Assembly: GCA_031426555.1 (NCBI GenBank)
Contig: JANPLN010000045.1
Span: forward strand, 1-54,765
DNA length: 54,765 nt
Source of the DNA: Bdellovibrionales bacterium
GTDB lineage: Bacteria > Bdellovibrionota > Bdellovibrionia > Bdellovibrionales > JAGQZY01
Reading direction: 5' to 3'
In this document: in pieces, positions 44,952 through 53,981 of the stretch
How the letters are laid out: every line of letters starts with the position of its first letter
Position numbering within the stretch: position 1 is the stretch's first letter
The notes under the pieces: model-generated
The model's database searches: none
Seen by the model: only the letters and a program-made list of their open reading frames with translations
Told to the model about the DNA's origin: nothing
Translations under genes and position numbers: made by a program

Positions 44952-47783
44952 CTAATACTCAGTCAGCGGCGGACACGAACACATGATGTTCTTGTCCCCA
45001 TAAGCATTATCCACTCGATTGGAGCTCACCCAAAATTTACGGTCGCGCACAACCGGTAAAGGAAAAAATGCTTCTTGCCGCGAGTACGGTCGACTCCAAT
45101 CATCCACCAAATCATCCGCCGTGTGCGGTGCATTTTTTAAAGGATTGTTATCGCGATCCATTTTTCCATCGGCCACTTGTGAAATTTCTTTGCGGATCTG
45201 AATCATAGCATCGCAATAACGATCCAGCTCGGCTTTGGATTCGCTCTCTGTGGGTTCAATCATCAGAGTGTTCACCACTGGCCACGACATGGTTGGCGCG
45301 TGGAAACCAAAATCCATCAAGCGCTTGGCAATGTCGTCCACACCGATGCCGGTTTGCTCTTTGATGGGGCGAATGTCGATGATGCACTCATGGGCCACCA
45401 TATCGTTTTTGCCAGTGTATAAAATCGGATAGTGATTTTTAAGCCGTTGCGCCATGTAGTTGGCATTTAAGATCGCAACTTGCGTGGCCTTTTTTAAACC
45501 ATCGGGCCCCATCATTTTAATGTAGCTCCAAGAAATGGGAAGTATCAAAGCGCTGCCCCAAGGAGCCGACGTTGTGGCGGTAATTCCCGTTGCCGGACCA
45601 GCAAGAACTTCGAGGCCGTGCTTCGGAAGGTAAGGCGTAAGGTGGGCCGCCACGCCAATGGGGCCAACACCTGGGCCGCCACCGCCATGTGGGATACAAA
45701 AAGTTTTGTGAAGATTAAGATGGGACACATCGACGCCAATATCGCCTGGGCGGCAAACGCCAACCAGTGCATTCATGTTAGCGCCGTCCATGTAAACCTG
45801 GCCACCATGTTTGTGAATGAGTTGGCAGATATCTTTAAACGAATCCTCAAACACGCCATGGGTGGACGGATAGGTGAGCATCAAACACGACAGATTTTTT
45901 TCGTACTGCAATGCCTTTGCTCTAAGATCAGTCATATCTACATTGCCTTCAGAGTCACAGGCCGTAACTACAACTTCGAGTCCTGCCATCACCGCACTGG
46001 CGGGATTGGTTCCGTGGGCCGAGCTTGGAATTAAACAAATATTTCTGTGGGCTTCGCCCTTGGATTTTTGGAATTCACGAATCACCATCAAGCCCGCGTA
46101 CTCGCCCTGGGAGCCTGCATTGGGCTGAAGGGATACGCCCTTAAAGCCAGTGATTTCTTTGAGCTGACCTTCGAGTTCATGAATGAGTTCGCGGATGCCT
46201 TCGGTTTGCTCGCTGGGAGCGAACGGGTGAAGATTTGCAAACTCCGGCCATGTCACAGGAATCATCTCTGTGCTGGCGTTGAGCTTCATGGTGCAGGAGC
46301 CGAGCGGTATCATGGAATCGGCCAGCGTGAGATCTTTTTTCTGCAGTCTACTTAGGTAGCGAAGCATCTCGGTTTCGGAATGGTAAAGATGAAATACTGG
46401 GTGAGTCATGTACTCACTGTTACGGGCGACGTCTGTTGCAGGCGCCGCATCTTTGCTTTCGATTTTAATTTTTTGACCGCCGGTAAGAATCTCGGCGATG
46501 AGTTCCAAATCCGAAGTGGTTGTTGTTTCGTCGACGGAAAGTCGAACTGTGGCAGAGTTAGGATAGAAAAAGTTCACGGACTTTTCGAGCGCTGTTTTTT
46601 TAATTTGCGCTGTTTTTTCGGGAGAGAGAGAAAAAGTCAAAGTGTCAAAAGCTTCTGTGGCCAGCATGGCTACGCCCGCTTTTTGCAAAGCCTCTTTCAG
46701 TGCTGCTGTTTGATTCTTAATTTTGCGCGCGATGTTTTTTAAACCCTGTGGGCCGTGGTACACCCCGTACATTCCAGCCATCACCGCCAGTAAAACTTGC
46801 GCTGTGCAGATGTTGCTCGTCGCTTTTTCCCTTCGAATATGCTGCTCGCGCGTTTGCAAAGTGAGGCGATAGCAAGACTTTCCACGACTGTCCTTTGTTA
46901 CGCCGACAATGCGCCCGGGAATAGACCGAGCGAAAGACTCTTTCGTGGCCAAAAAACCGGCGTGCGGACCGCCAAAGCCCATGGGAACACCAAAGCGTTG
47001 GCTGCTGCCAACAACAATGTCGGCGCCCATTTCGCCCGGGGATTTATAAAGAGTAAGAGCAAGCAGATCCGTGGCCGCAATGACCATGGCTTTTTGTGCA
47101 TGAGCAAGGTCGCTGTATTTTTGAAAATCTTCGATGGTGCCATCGGCCCCAGGATACTGAGTGAGAATCGCAAAAACCTGATCCCACGGACAATTTTTAA
47201 AATCGTCCACAATCAATTCGATGCCAACGGGCAGGGCGCGGGTTTGCAAAACCTCGAGAGTTTGCGGAAAGGTATTTTTATCGACAAAAAAGACATTCTT
47301 TTTTTGGCGGTTTAGGCCGTGAGCCATGGCCATGGCTTCGGCGGCGGCGGTGCCCTCGTCGAGGAGCGAGGCATTGGAAAGCTGCATGCCGGTTAAGTCA
47401 GAAACCATGGTTTGAAAGTTAATCAGCGCCTCAAGTCGACCCTGAGAAATCTCGGGCTGGTAAGGCGTGTAGGCCGTGTACCAACCTGGATTCTCAAGGA
47501 CGTTTCGTAAAATCACCGTGGGAGTGACAGTTCCGTAATAACCAGTTCCCATAAAATTTTTAAAAATTTTATTTTTCAGCGAAAGACTCTTTGCCTTTTC
47601 GAGAACCTGGTTTTCAGTGAGCCCCTGTGGGAGATCGAGGGTGGATGAATAAAAAATGTTTGTCGGCACAGTTTTTTGCATTAACTCATCCAGCGAGGAC
47701 GAACCAACCAGCTTGAGCATCGCTTGAATCTCAGTGTCCGTTGGTCCGATGTGACGAGAAACAAAAGGGCTCAATGTTGTCAT
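44952..47783 (-). CDS. gcvP: Glycine dehydrogenase (decarboxylating), single-chain P protein
   Basis: RHIGP, YTPYQPEISQGRLE, REKATSNICTAQ, MIPLGSCTMKLN, PLP-Lys motif HLNLHKTFCIPHGGGGPG. Confidence 0.97.
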   Translation of the reverse strand: MTTLSPFVSRHIGPTDTEIQAMLKLVGSSSLDELMQKTVPTNIFYSSTLDLPQGLTENQVLEKAKSLSLKNKIFKNFMGTGYYGTVTPTVILRNVLENPGWYTAYTPYQPEISQGRLEALINFQTMVSDLTGMQLSNASLLDEGTAAAEAMAMAHGLNRQKKNVFFVDKNTFPQTLEVLQTRALPVGIELIVDDFKNCPWDQVFAILTQYPGADGTIEDFQKYSDLAHAQKAMVIAATDLLALTLYKSPGEMGADIVVGSSQRFGVPMGFGGPHAGFLATKESFARSIPGRIVGVTKDSRGKSCYRLTLQTREQHIRREKATSNICTAQVLLAVMAGMYGVYHGPQGLKNIARKIKNQTAALKEALQKAGVAMLATEAFDTLTFSLSPEKTAQIKKTALEKSVNFFYPNSATVRLSVDETTTTSDLELIAEILTGGQKIKIESKDAAPATDVARNSEYMTHPVFHLYHSETEMLRYLSRLQKKDLTLADSMIPLGSCTMKLNASTEMIPVTWPEFANLHPFAPSEQTEGIRELIHELEGQLKEITGFKGVSLQPNAGSQGEYAGLMVIREFQKSKGEAHRNICLIPSSAHGTNPASAVMAGLEVVVTACDSEGNVDMTDLRAKALQYEKNLSCLMLTYPSTHGVFEDSFKDICQLIHKHGGQVYMDGANMNALVGVCRPGDIGVDVSHLNLHKTFCIPHGGGGPGVGPIGVAAHLTPYLPKHGLEVLAGPATGITATTSAPWGSALILPISWSYIKMMGPDGLKKATQVAILNANYMAQRLKNHYPILYTGKNDMVAHECIIDIRPIKEQTGIGVDDIAKRLMDFGFHAPTMSWPVVNTLMIEPTESESKAELDRYCDAMIQIRKEISQVADGKMDRDNNPLKNAPHTADDLVDDWSRPYSRQEAFFPLPVVRDRKFWVSSNRVDNAYGDKNIMCSCPPLTEY

Positions 47784-47790
47784 AGAAAAC

Positions 47791-48282
47791 TCACTTTTTC
47801 TTGCGGGTTTTTGTCAAAGTTTTTTTAGCTTTAGCAACGGCTGTTTTTTTAACTTTGCGAATCACCTTTTTGATATTTTTCTCTTCAGATTTTACTGACT
47901 TTACTGACGATTTTACCGCCACTTTGGCCTTTTTCGAAAAATAGCTAAAGTTAGTTTGCAAAAGTTTTTCCAGATCCTTCTTTTGCTTGTAAGCTTGCTT
48001 TTGCGCCTCTTTCAAAACTTTAAAAGCCTCTTCTCGGCGCGACGATACCATTTTCATGGTCTTATCCATTTCCTTTTCGACCTTGTTTTGCACCGAAGAA
48101 ATCGTGCCCATGATCTCTTTGTACTTTTTTTCGATGTAGTCCATTTTGTCGGCGGGAATGGCTTTTTTAAAATCAAATTTTTCGATTTCTTTGACCAGTT
48201 TTCTGACTTCCTTTTTCAGGGAATCAAAATCTTTAATCTTCATTAGTTCTTCGCGGATTTGGTTTATATTTAGTTGGCTCAT
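47791..48282 (-). CDS. Lys-rich coiled-coil protein with histone-H1-like tail
   Basis: RBS GAGG; helical heptads; C-terminus KKVIRKVKKTAVAKAKKTLTKTRKKK; ends 7 nt before the gcvP start. Confidence 0.8.
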   Translation of the reverse strand: MSQLNINQIREELMKIKDFDSLKKEVRKLVKEIEKFDFKKAIPADKMDYIEKKYKEIMGTISSVQNKVEKEMDKTMKMVSSRREEAFKVLKEAQKQAYKQKKDLEKLLQTNFSYFSKKAKVAVKSSVKSVKSEEKNIKKVIRKVKKTAVAKAKKTLTKTRKKK

Positions 48283-48373
48283 GGGACCTCACTTTGTGAA
48301 TGACACTCGTTACGACCTTTTACGACTTTACAAAGAATTTCACAAGTGGGATATACGCAGAATGAGGGGCAAA

Positions 48374-49624
48374 ATGAGACGAAATATGAGCAGAGATGCA
48401 TTTTTAACAGACAAGTGGACCGCGTACCCGCAGCCACTACCGACCCATTTGGGGCCCAAGGACTGGTGTTTGGGGAAAATCGCTCAAAAAGACGGCGTCA
48501 CTTTGCACTTTGTAGGGCGTCAGCAAACATTTGATATTAGTTCTCAACAACCGACGGACCCCAAATTGGGAATGGCTATATCCCCCGAACTCTTGCGGGA
48601 GGGTGACGTCGTTGCCTGCCACCATGCCACCGGTGCCGTGTATTTGCTCAGCCCCAATTTGCAGGACGAGAGTAATGTTCTTCACTCCCATTCCAGCCGC
48701 GATGCGATGCTAGAATGGCAAAGCTTTCTCGAGACCGTGCGCGGGTATTTTATCGAACAGGGGTTTCGCTACTGGCACACCCCCAGTCTTCTTCCATCTC
48801 CGGGCATTGATGCCCACATTGATTTTTTCCAGGCGCAAGGAGTGCGCACCCAGCGGAGCTACTTTTTGCCCACGAGCCCAGAGTTTGCCCTCAAAAAAGC
48901 GGTGGCCGATGGGCAAGAGAAAGTATTTGAAATTAAGTCCTGCTTTCGCGACGACGACAGCAGTGCCACTCACAGCGCTGAGTTTTTGATGTTGGAATGG
49001 TATCGCGCCTATGCCGACAAATGGGAGCTTTTTGAAGACTTTTTAGGTCTTGTGAGGTTTGTTGTAAAAAAACTGAATTTGCCCCTGCCCACGGCGTTTT
49101 CGGCAAGTCGGGTTTCTATAGCGGAGTTGTTCGTACATAAAATAAACTTTCAACTCCTCCCAAACACCACCGAAAACCAATTGCGAGAAATGATTGTGCA
49201 AAACAATTTGCACGCGAACGAGGACGATGATTGGGACGATTTGTTTTTTCGCCTGTACATCGAATTTATCGAGCCTTCACTGGGCTTTGCAGGGCCTGAG
49301 GCCGTTTATAACTTTCCCTTGAGCCAAGGATCGCTGTCGCGCAAAACCGCAAATGGCTGGGCAGACCGCTTCGAAATCTATTGGCAAGGAGTGGAGTTGG
49401 CAAATGCCTACCAAGAGCAGAATGACCCGATGCAGATGAAGTTGCGCTACCAATCGGAAATCGAAAAGCGCGAGCGGGCACAAAAATCTCCCTATCCGCA
49501 AGATACGAAGTTCCTGTCGAAAATGGAGGCGGGGTTTCCCCCCTGTGCCGGAATCGCTCTAGGCCTTGAGCGCCTGTGGATGGTGCTAAATAAAATTTCC
49601 ACCATTCAGTCCTTAAGAAATTAG
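48374..49624 (+). CDS. epmA: EF-P beta-lysyl ligase EpmA (GenX/PoxA) with N-terminal extension; start uncertain
   Basis: PGIDAHID, PTSPEFALKK, CFRDD...H..EFLMLEWYR, RFEIYWQGVELANAYQE, PPCAGIALGLERL. Confidence 0.85.
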   Translation: MRRNMSRDAFLTDKWTAYPQPLPTHLGPKDWCLGKIAQKDGVTLHFVGRQQTFDISSQQPTDPKLGMAISPELLREGDVVACHHATGAVYLLSPNLQDESNVLHSHSSRDAMLEWQSFLETVRGYFIEQGFRYWHTPSLLPSPGIDAHIDFFQAQGVRTQRSYFLPTSPEFALKKAVADGQEKVFEIKSCFRDDDSSATHSAEFLMLEWYRAYADKWELFEDFLGLVRFVVKKLNLPLPTAFSASRVSIAELFVHKINFQLLPNTTENQLREMIVQNNLHANEDDDWDDLFFRLYIEFIEPSLGFAGPEAVYNFPLSQGSLSRKTANGWADRFEIYWQGVELANAYQEQNDPMQMKLRYQSEIEKRERAQKSPYPQDTKFLSKMEAGFPPCAGIALGLERLWMVLNKISTIQSLRN

Positions 49625-49682
49625 AAGAAGTAAAATTTGTGTATTTATTTTTGATTGGGTATCCTAGTTCTTAGGAGGATAA

Positions 49683-49973
49683 ATGCATTCAAATTTAGCA
49701 AAGATGCTCGGCCAATACATTTCAGATACCAGGCAAGAGATTCCCATGCGCCAACGGGAACTAGCCAAAACTTTAGGCATATCTGCCCAATTCTTAGGTA
49801 GGGTTGAAAAAGGAGACGTGATGATTCCCGACGGGGTTTTATCGCACTGTATTTCCGTACTCAAGCTGAGCAAAACTCAGATTGTCGCGATCTACAGAAC
49901 CGCTGGAGAAAAAAAAGCGGAACACCTCTTTCAACTCAGTAAGGAACGATCGAGAACTAAAAAGGGCGCATAG
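49683..49973 (+). CDS. XRE/Cro-type HTH regulator
   Basis: RBS AGGAGG; RQRELAKTLGISAQFLGRVEKG. Confidence 0.85.
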   Translation: MHSNLAKMLGQYISDTRQEIPMRQRELAKTLGISAQFLGRVEKGDVMIPDGVLSHCISVLKLSKTQIVAIYRTAGEKKAEHLFQLSKERSRTKKGA

Positions 49974-50092
49974 ACGAAGCGCTTTTTTATTTCTGCGCCC
50001 TGCAACTTTTGCGGGGCGCGCTCGTTATTTGTATATCCTGGCTTAGCGTCGCTATGTTGTAATAACAGATTCATCGAATAAATGGAGCACGG

Positions 50093-50779
50093 ATGGCGCA
50101 TTTTTTAGGAAAAAAGATATTAGTGGTCGAAGGCGATCAAGAGATTTGCGCAAAAACCGAGAGTTTTCTAAGAAAGCTTGGATATGTGACCTCGAGCAGC
50201 CACACGGTTGATGGTCTCGAAGAGCAACTTTAGCAATCGGGACCCGATTTTTTGATCCTCGATCGATTCAACGATCGTAACGGATTTCCGATCATATCTA
50301 AAATCAGAGCGTCGGAAAAATTTAGAGCCTTGCCGACTTTGGTTATCGGCAGCGATCACCAGTTTTGCGAAAAAATCAGCGCGCTTTCCATGGGGGCCGA
50401 TGGCTTTTTGCAAAAGCCTATCCAGTTTGAAGTTTTGGATGTGAAATTGCAGGCTATCTTCAGACGGTCACAAAGTTACCAACCCATCATTGAGGATATT
50501 TTTTTTAAAAATATCACGCTGAGTCCACTGACTGGAGACGTCTTTTTTGACTCTGAAAAAGTGAATTTTACGACAACGGAGTACAAACTTTTAGAGGCAC
50601 TGATTCTTGAAAAAGGGCGCCCTGTGTGCCGCGAGGCCCTGGCCCATAAAAGTTTGAGTTCGCAGAATTCTTGCATACGCACGATTGATGTTCACATCAA
50701 ATCGATCCGCGAGAAATTGGGGCCACTGGGCCGGCAAATTAAAACACTTCGTGGTTAGGGTTATCTGCTCGCAGACTGA
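50093..50779 (+). pseudogene. OmpR/PhoB-type response regulator interrupted by two in-frame TAG codons (50231-50233, 50756-50758)
   Basis: MAHFLGKKILVVEGD...EEQL*QSGPDFLILD...GADGFLQKP...FTTTEYKLL...RTIDVHIKSIREKL...IKTLRG*GYLLAD-TGA; RBS GGAG. Confidence 0.75.
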
Positions 50780-50852
50780 CTGATCGATTGGTCGCTTCCC
50801 GGGGAAGCTCCCGATCTATTCTACTTGTTAAGCTCGTTCAATAAAAACTCGC

Positions 50853-51128
50853 TTATTTGTTAAGCTCGTCTTTGAGTTCTTTGCCGACTTTGAAGAAGGG
50901 GAGTTTCTTTTCGGGGACGTTGATGATTTCGCCGGTGCGGGGATTGCGGCCCTGATAGGAGTCATAGGCTTTATTGGTAAACGATCCGAAACCGCGGATT
51001 TCGATGCGATCGTTTTTGAGCAGAGCTTCGATCATGGTGTCGAAGATTGTATTCACCACGGTCTCTGCTTTGACTCGTGTGATGCCACGTTTTTCTGCGA
51101 TCAAATCAATCAAGTCTGCTTTTGTCAT
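50853..51128 (-). CDS. HU/IHF family DNA-binding protein (IHF-beta-like)
   Basis: MTKADLI, RIEIRGFGSF, GRNPRTGE, PFFKVGKELK. Confidence 0.92.
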   Translation of the reverse strand: MTKADLIDLIAEKRGITRVKAETVVNTIFDTMIEALLKNDRIEIRGFGSFTNKAYDSYQGRNPRTGEIINVPEKKLPFFKVGKELKDELNK

Positions 51129-51212
51129 AATTCCCCTCGCCAAGGACATATCTAACTATTTGTAATTATAGCGAAAAAAACCTTGGGCTCAACAGCTAAA
51201 AGGCAACTTGGC

Positions 51213-52496
51213 CTAAGGTCGCATATCTTTGTACTCAGCAAAATGTTTTTTATACCTATGCGTCATAGAGAGGGTTTGTTGATAGGCATCTAGGGTCTGT
51301 TGCGTGAGTTTTGTTAAATCAAAAAGCGAGAGAACTTTTTGCCGCGCTCGTTCACCAACGTTTTCGTAATTTGCCGAAAACGAAAAAATATCGATAAGAA
51401 GCTCGCTCAACGAATTGGTATCGGCAGGGCGAATTAAAAAACCGTCCCCGGTGTTTTCGATAATATTGGCCAAGGATCCTACGTCGGAACCAATAACAAT
51501 TTTTTGCTGAGCCATGGCTTCGAACGTTGTGGGCTCAAAACCCGAAGACGAGGGATTAAAGCTAATAAATGCATCGGCAAGATCGATGTAGTCATGCACT
51601 TCGTAGGCGGGAACGGCTCCTGCAAAAATCACTTTGCTGGCAAGGGCAAGATTTAACATTTCGTATTCAAGAGCTTTAAAAAACGGACCCGAGCCAACAA
51701 CCACTAGTCGGGTGTTTGGTTTTTTGACCGCCACTTTTTGAAACGCGCGCAAGACATGAGTGAGCTCGGTCTTCTCGAGCATGTCTGAAAAAGTCACTGC
51801 CACTTTGCAGTTTTGCGGGATATTTAATTTTTTTCGCAACTGGTCTGATTTCTGTCGGACCGACAAATCATGCAGATCAAGACTGTAAGGAATGGTAAAC
51901 ACATGCATGGGAGGGTACAGATAATATCTTTCAAGAATCCACTTTTGTTGCAAACTCGTTACAAAGGCGGCGTCGGCCGCACCGAGGAGCGCACGGTCCT
52001 TTTGCACATAGTTTTTTAAAAACGTGTACGAAATTTTAAAACCGTTACGAATTTTACTTACGGGTGTTTCCTCCGACATCCCAATGAGGGAGTAGAGCTG
52101 TGCCATGGACGTGGCTTGAATATCAAAGGCGGTGGCAAACGAATGCTGTTTGCGTTCGCGGGCCAGTAAAAAACCATCGCGCGTGAGACTGTGAAGAATA
52201 TGATAAGGGGATTTTTGATGCTCCTCTAAAAACACGTCGCGGATCAGTCGCGGGAACTCGAGGATGTTTTTGCTTTTTTTAAGTTCGCTCACAAAAGAAA
52301 TTTGTACATTGTCGGTTTTAACAACCGGTTCGCCGAGCGAATTTGTCCATGCAAGCACGTGCACCTGATGCCCCTGCTGAGCGAGCTGACGCAAAATGGG
52401 CCAAACAAATCCTTGCGAGGAGGAGGCGCTGCCGATCGTGAACTTTGGCGAGACGATGGCGATTTTTAGTTTTTGCGGTAAATCTTTGCGCAACAC
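51213..52496 (-). CDS. Glycosyltransferase family 4
   Basis: LAQQGHQVHV, LVVVGSGP, EAMAQQKIVIGSDVG, GFLI.P.D. Confidence 0.85.
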   Translation of the reverse strand: MLRKDLPQKLKIAIVSPKFTIGSASSSQGFVWPILRQLAQQGHQVHVLAWTNSLGEPVVKTDNVQISFVSELKKSKNILEFPRLIRDVFLEEHQKSPYHILHSLTRDGFLLARERKQHSFATAFDIQATSMAQLYSLIGMSEETPVSKIRNGFKISYTFLKNYVQKDRALLGAADAAFVTSLQQKWILERYYLYPPMHVFTIPYSLDLHDLSVRQKSDQLRKKLNIPQNCKVAVTFSDMLEKTELTHVLRAFQKVAVKKPNTRLVVVGSGPFFKALEYEMLNLALASKVIFAGAVPAYEVHDYIDLADAFISFNPSSSGFEPTTFEAMAQQKIVIGSDVGSLANIIENTGDGFLIRPADTNSLSELLIDIFSFSANYENVGERARQKVLSLFDLTKLTQQTLDAYQQTLSMTHRYKKHFAEYKDMRP

Positions 52497-52527
52497 TTAA
52501 TCAGTTTAAACGGGTCTGGAAGACAGA

Positions 52528-52938
52528 TCAAGATGTGATAAAGTTTTTGATCATGGGCAAAAGCTTTCGATTGGCTTCGGGGATTTCTAATTTTTCTAAC
52601 TCTTCAAAGGTCACCCAGCGCAGTTCTGTATGGTGAACAGGTTTTGGTTCGCCTTTCCAAAAAAGAACTTCGAAAAACAGTAAAAGGATGCCCACCTCGG
52701 GATACGAGTGCGTCCACGTCATTTTTAATTCACCAATGTCTGCTTTAATTCCAAGCTCTTCGAAAAGCTCTCGCTGTAAGGCTTCTTTGGGCTGCTCGCC
52801 GAGCTCAATTTTCCCGCCCGGAAACTCCCATTGCCCGGCGAGAGTGTGTCCTTCTGGACGCTGACCCACAAGAACAAGAGAGCCTTTTCGTAAAATACCC
52901 GTCGCAACTGGAATCCAAGTCGGTTTTTTCGAGGTCAT
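52528..52938 (-). CDS. mutT: MutT/NudG-like NUDIX hydrolase
   Basis: WEFPGGKIELGEQPKEALQRELFEELGI Nudix box. The ATG at 52938 follows TATCCT-N7 (alternative TTG start at 52968). Confidence 0.8.
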   Translation of the reverse strand: MTSKKPTWIPVATGILRKGSLVLVGQRPEGHTLAGQWEFPGGKIELGEQPKEALQRELFEELGIKADIGELKMTWTHSYPEVGILLLFFEVLFWKGEPKPVHHTELRWVTFEELEKLEIPEANRKLLPMIKNFITS

Positions 52939-52985
52939 AAATTCCAGGATAGTGGAAATGGTCGTCAATGTAATGTCTAGACGGG

Positions 52986-53981
52986 TCAGAACTGCGCAGT
53001 TTGCAGGGTATTTAAAATGCTGCGAAAGAGCAACGGTCCCTCAAAGATCAACGCTGAATAGATCTGAACAAGATCGGCCCCTTCATCGAGACGGAGCTTC
53101 ACTTCGAGCGCCGAGTCGACTCCGCCAGTGGAGATCAAAAGTCGGTCACCCTTTTTAATTTTTAAAAAAGTCAGCGCATTCTTTAAACAATTTCGAGACA
53201 GTTCTTTCAGCGGGACTCCCGAGAGTCCGCCCTCGAAGGGAAATTGAATGTTCGGCGGGCGCGAGATCGTTGTGTTGGTTAAAATCCATCCATCAATATC
53301 CAAGTCCAACGATGTTTGCAGAGCACTTTCTAAAGAAGCGGTCTCCATATCCGGGCTTAATTTTAGCAAGAGAGGTTTTGTTTTTCCAAGCTCATTGCGC
53401 GCTTGAATGATGGGCTCCAAAAAACGTCGCAGGTTTTCGGGCTGCAAGAGCGCGCGAAGATCTTTTGTGTTTGGACTGCTAATGTTGACAACAAACGCAT
53501 CGGCGCAAGTCCATAATCTCTGCAGACACTCGACATAATCCTGAGCGGCGACTTCGTTGGATGTGGCGCGATTTTTTCCGATATTTACAAACAGTGGAAC
53601 GTGTAGTTTTGGTTTTAGACTTTTGATTTTTTTTTCTAAGGCCACCGACCCCGAGTTTGGAAAGCCCATCTTGTTCCACAAAGCTTGATTGGGAACATCG
53701 CGATCTAAAATTTTTCCTGGATTGGCTTTTTGTGGAAGCGGAGTCACGGTGCCAACTTCTAAAAAGCCCGCACCTAAGTTTTGCCAGGATAAAAGACTTT
53801 CCCCGGTTTTATCAACACCACCGGCAATGCCCAAAGGATTTCGAAAAGAAAGCCCGCGCCACTTGCGTTCGCGCCACTGCGGATTTTTTACTTTCCATAA
53901 AGTGGAAATAGCTGGCAGAGCCCACGGTCCGAGATCATGGGCGAATTGCGGGGGTAAAAGAAGCCACGGTTTCATTCTCAA
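52986..53981 (-). CDS. pyrD: Quinone-dependent dihydroorotate dehydrogenase (class 2)
   Basis: NPLGIAGGVDK, EVGTVTPLPQ, NKMGFPN, NISSPNT, LLKLSPD, TNTT, GGLSG. Confidence 0.93.
   Translation of the reverse strand: MRMKPWLLLPPQFAHDLGPWALPAISTLWKVKNPQWRERKWRGLSFRNPLGIAGGVDKTGESLLSWQNLGAGFLEVGTVTPLPQKANPGKILDRDVPNQALWNKMGFPNSGSVALEKKIKSLKPKLHVPLFVNIGKNRATSNEVAAQDYVECLQRLWTCADAFVVNISSPNTKDLRALLQPENLRRFLEPIIQARNELGKTKPLLLKLSPDMETASLESALQTSLDLDIDGWILTNTTISRPPNIQFPFEGGLSGVPLKELSRNCLKNALTFLKIKKGDRLLISTGGVDSALEVKLRLDEGADLVQIYSALIFEGPLLFRSILNTLQTAQF

Noticed and set aside
48146..49624. Lysyl-tRNA synthetase, and the long ORF-track start at 48146
   Set aside because: Motifs (TSPE..KK, MLEWYR) are EpmA-type, and the upstream extension overlaps the antisense 47791-48282 gene.
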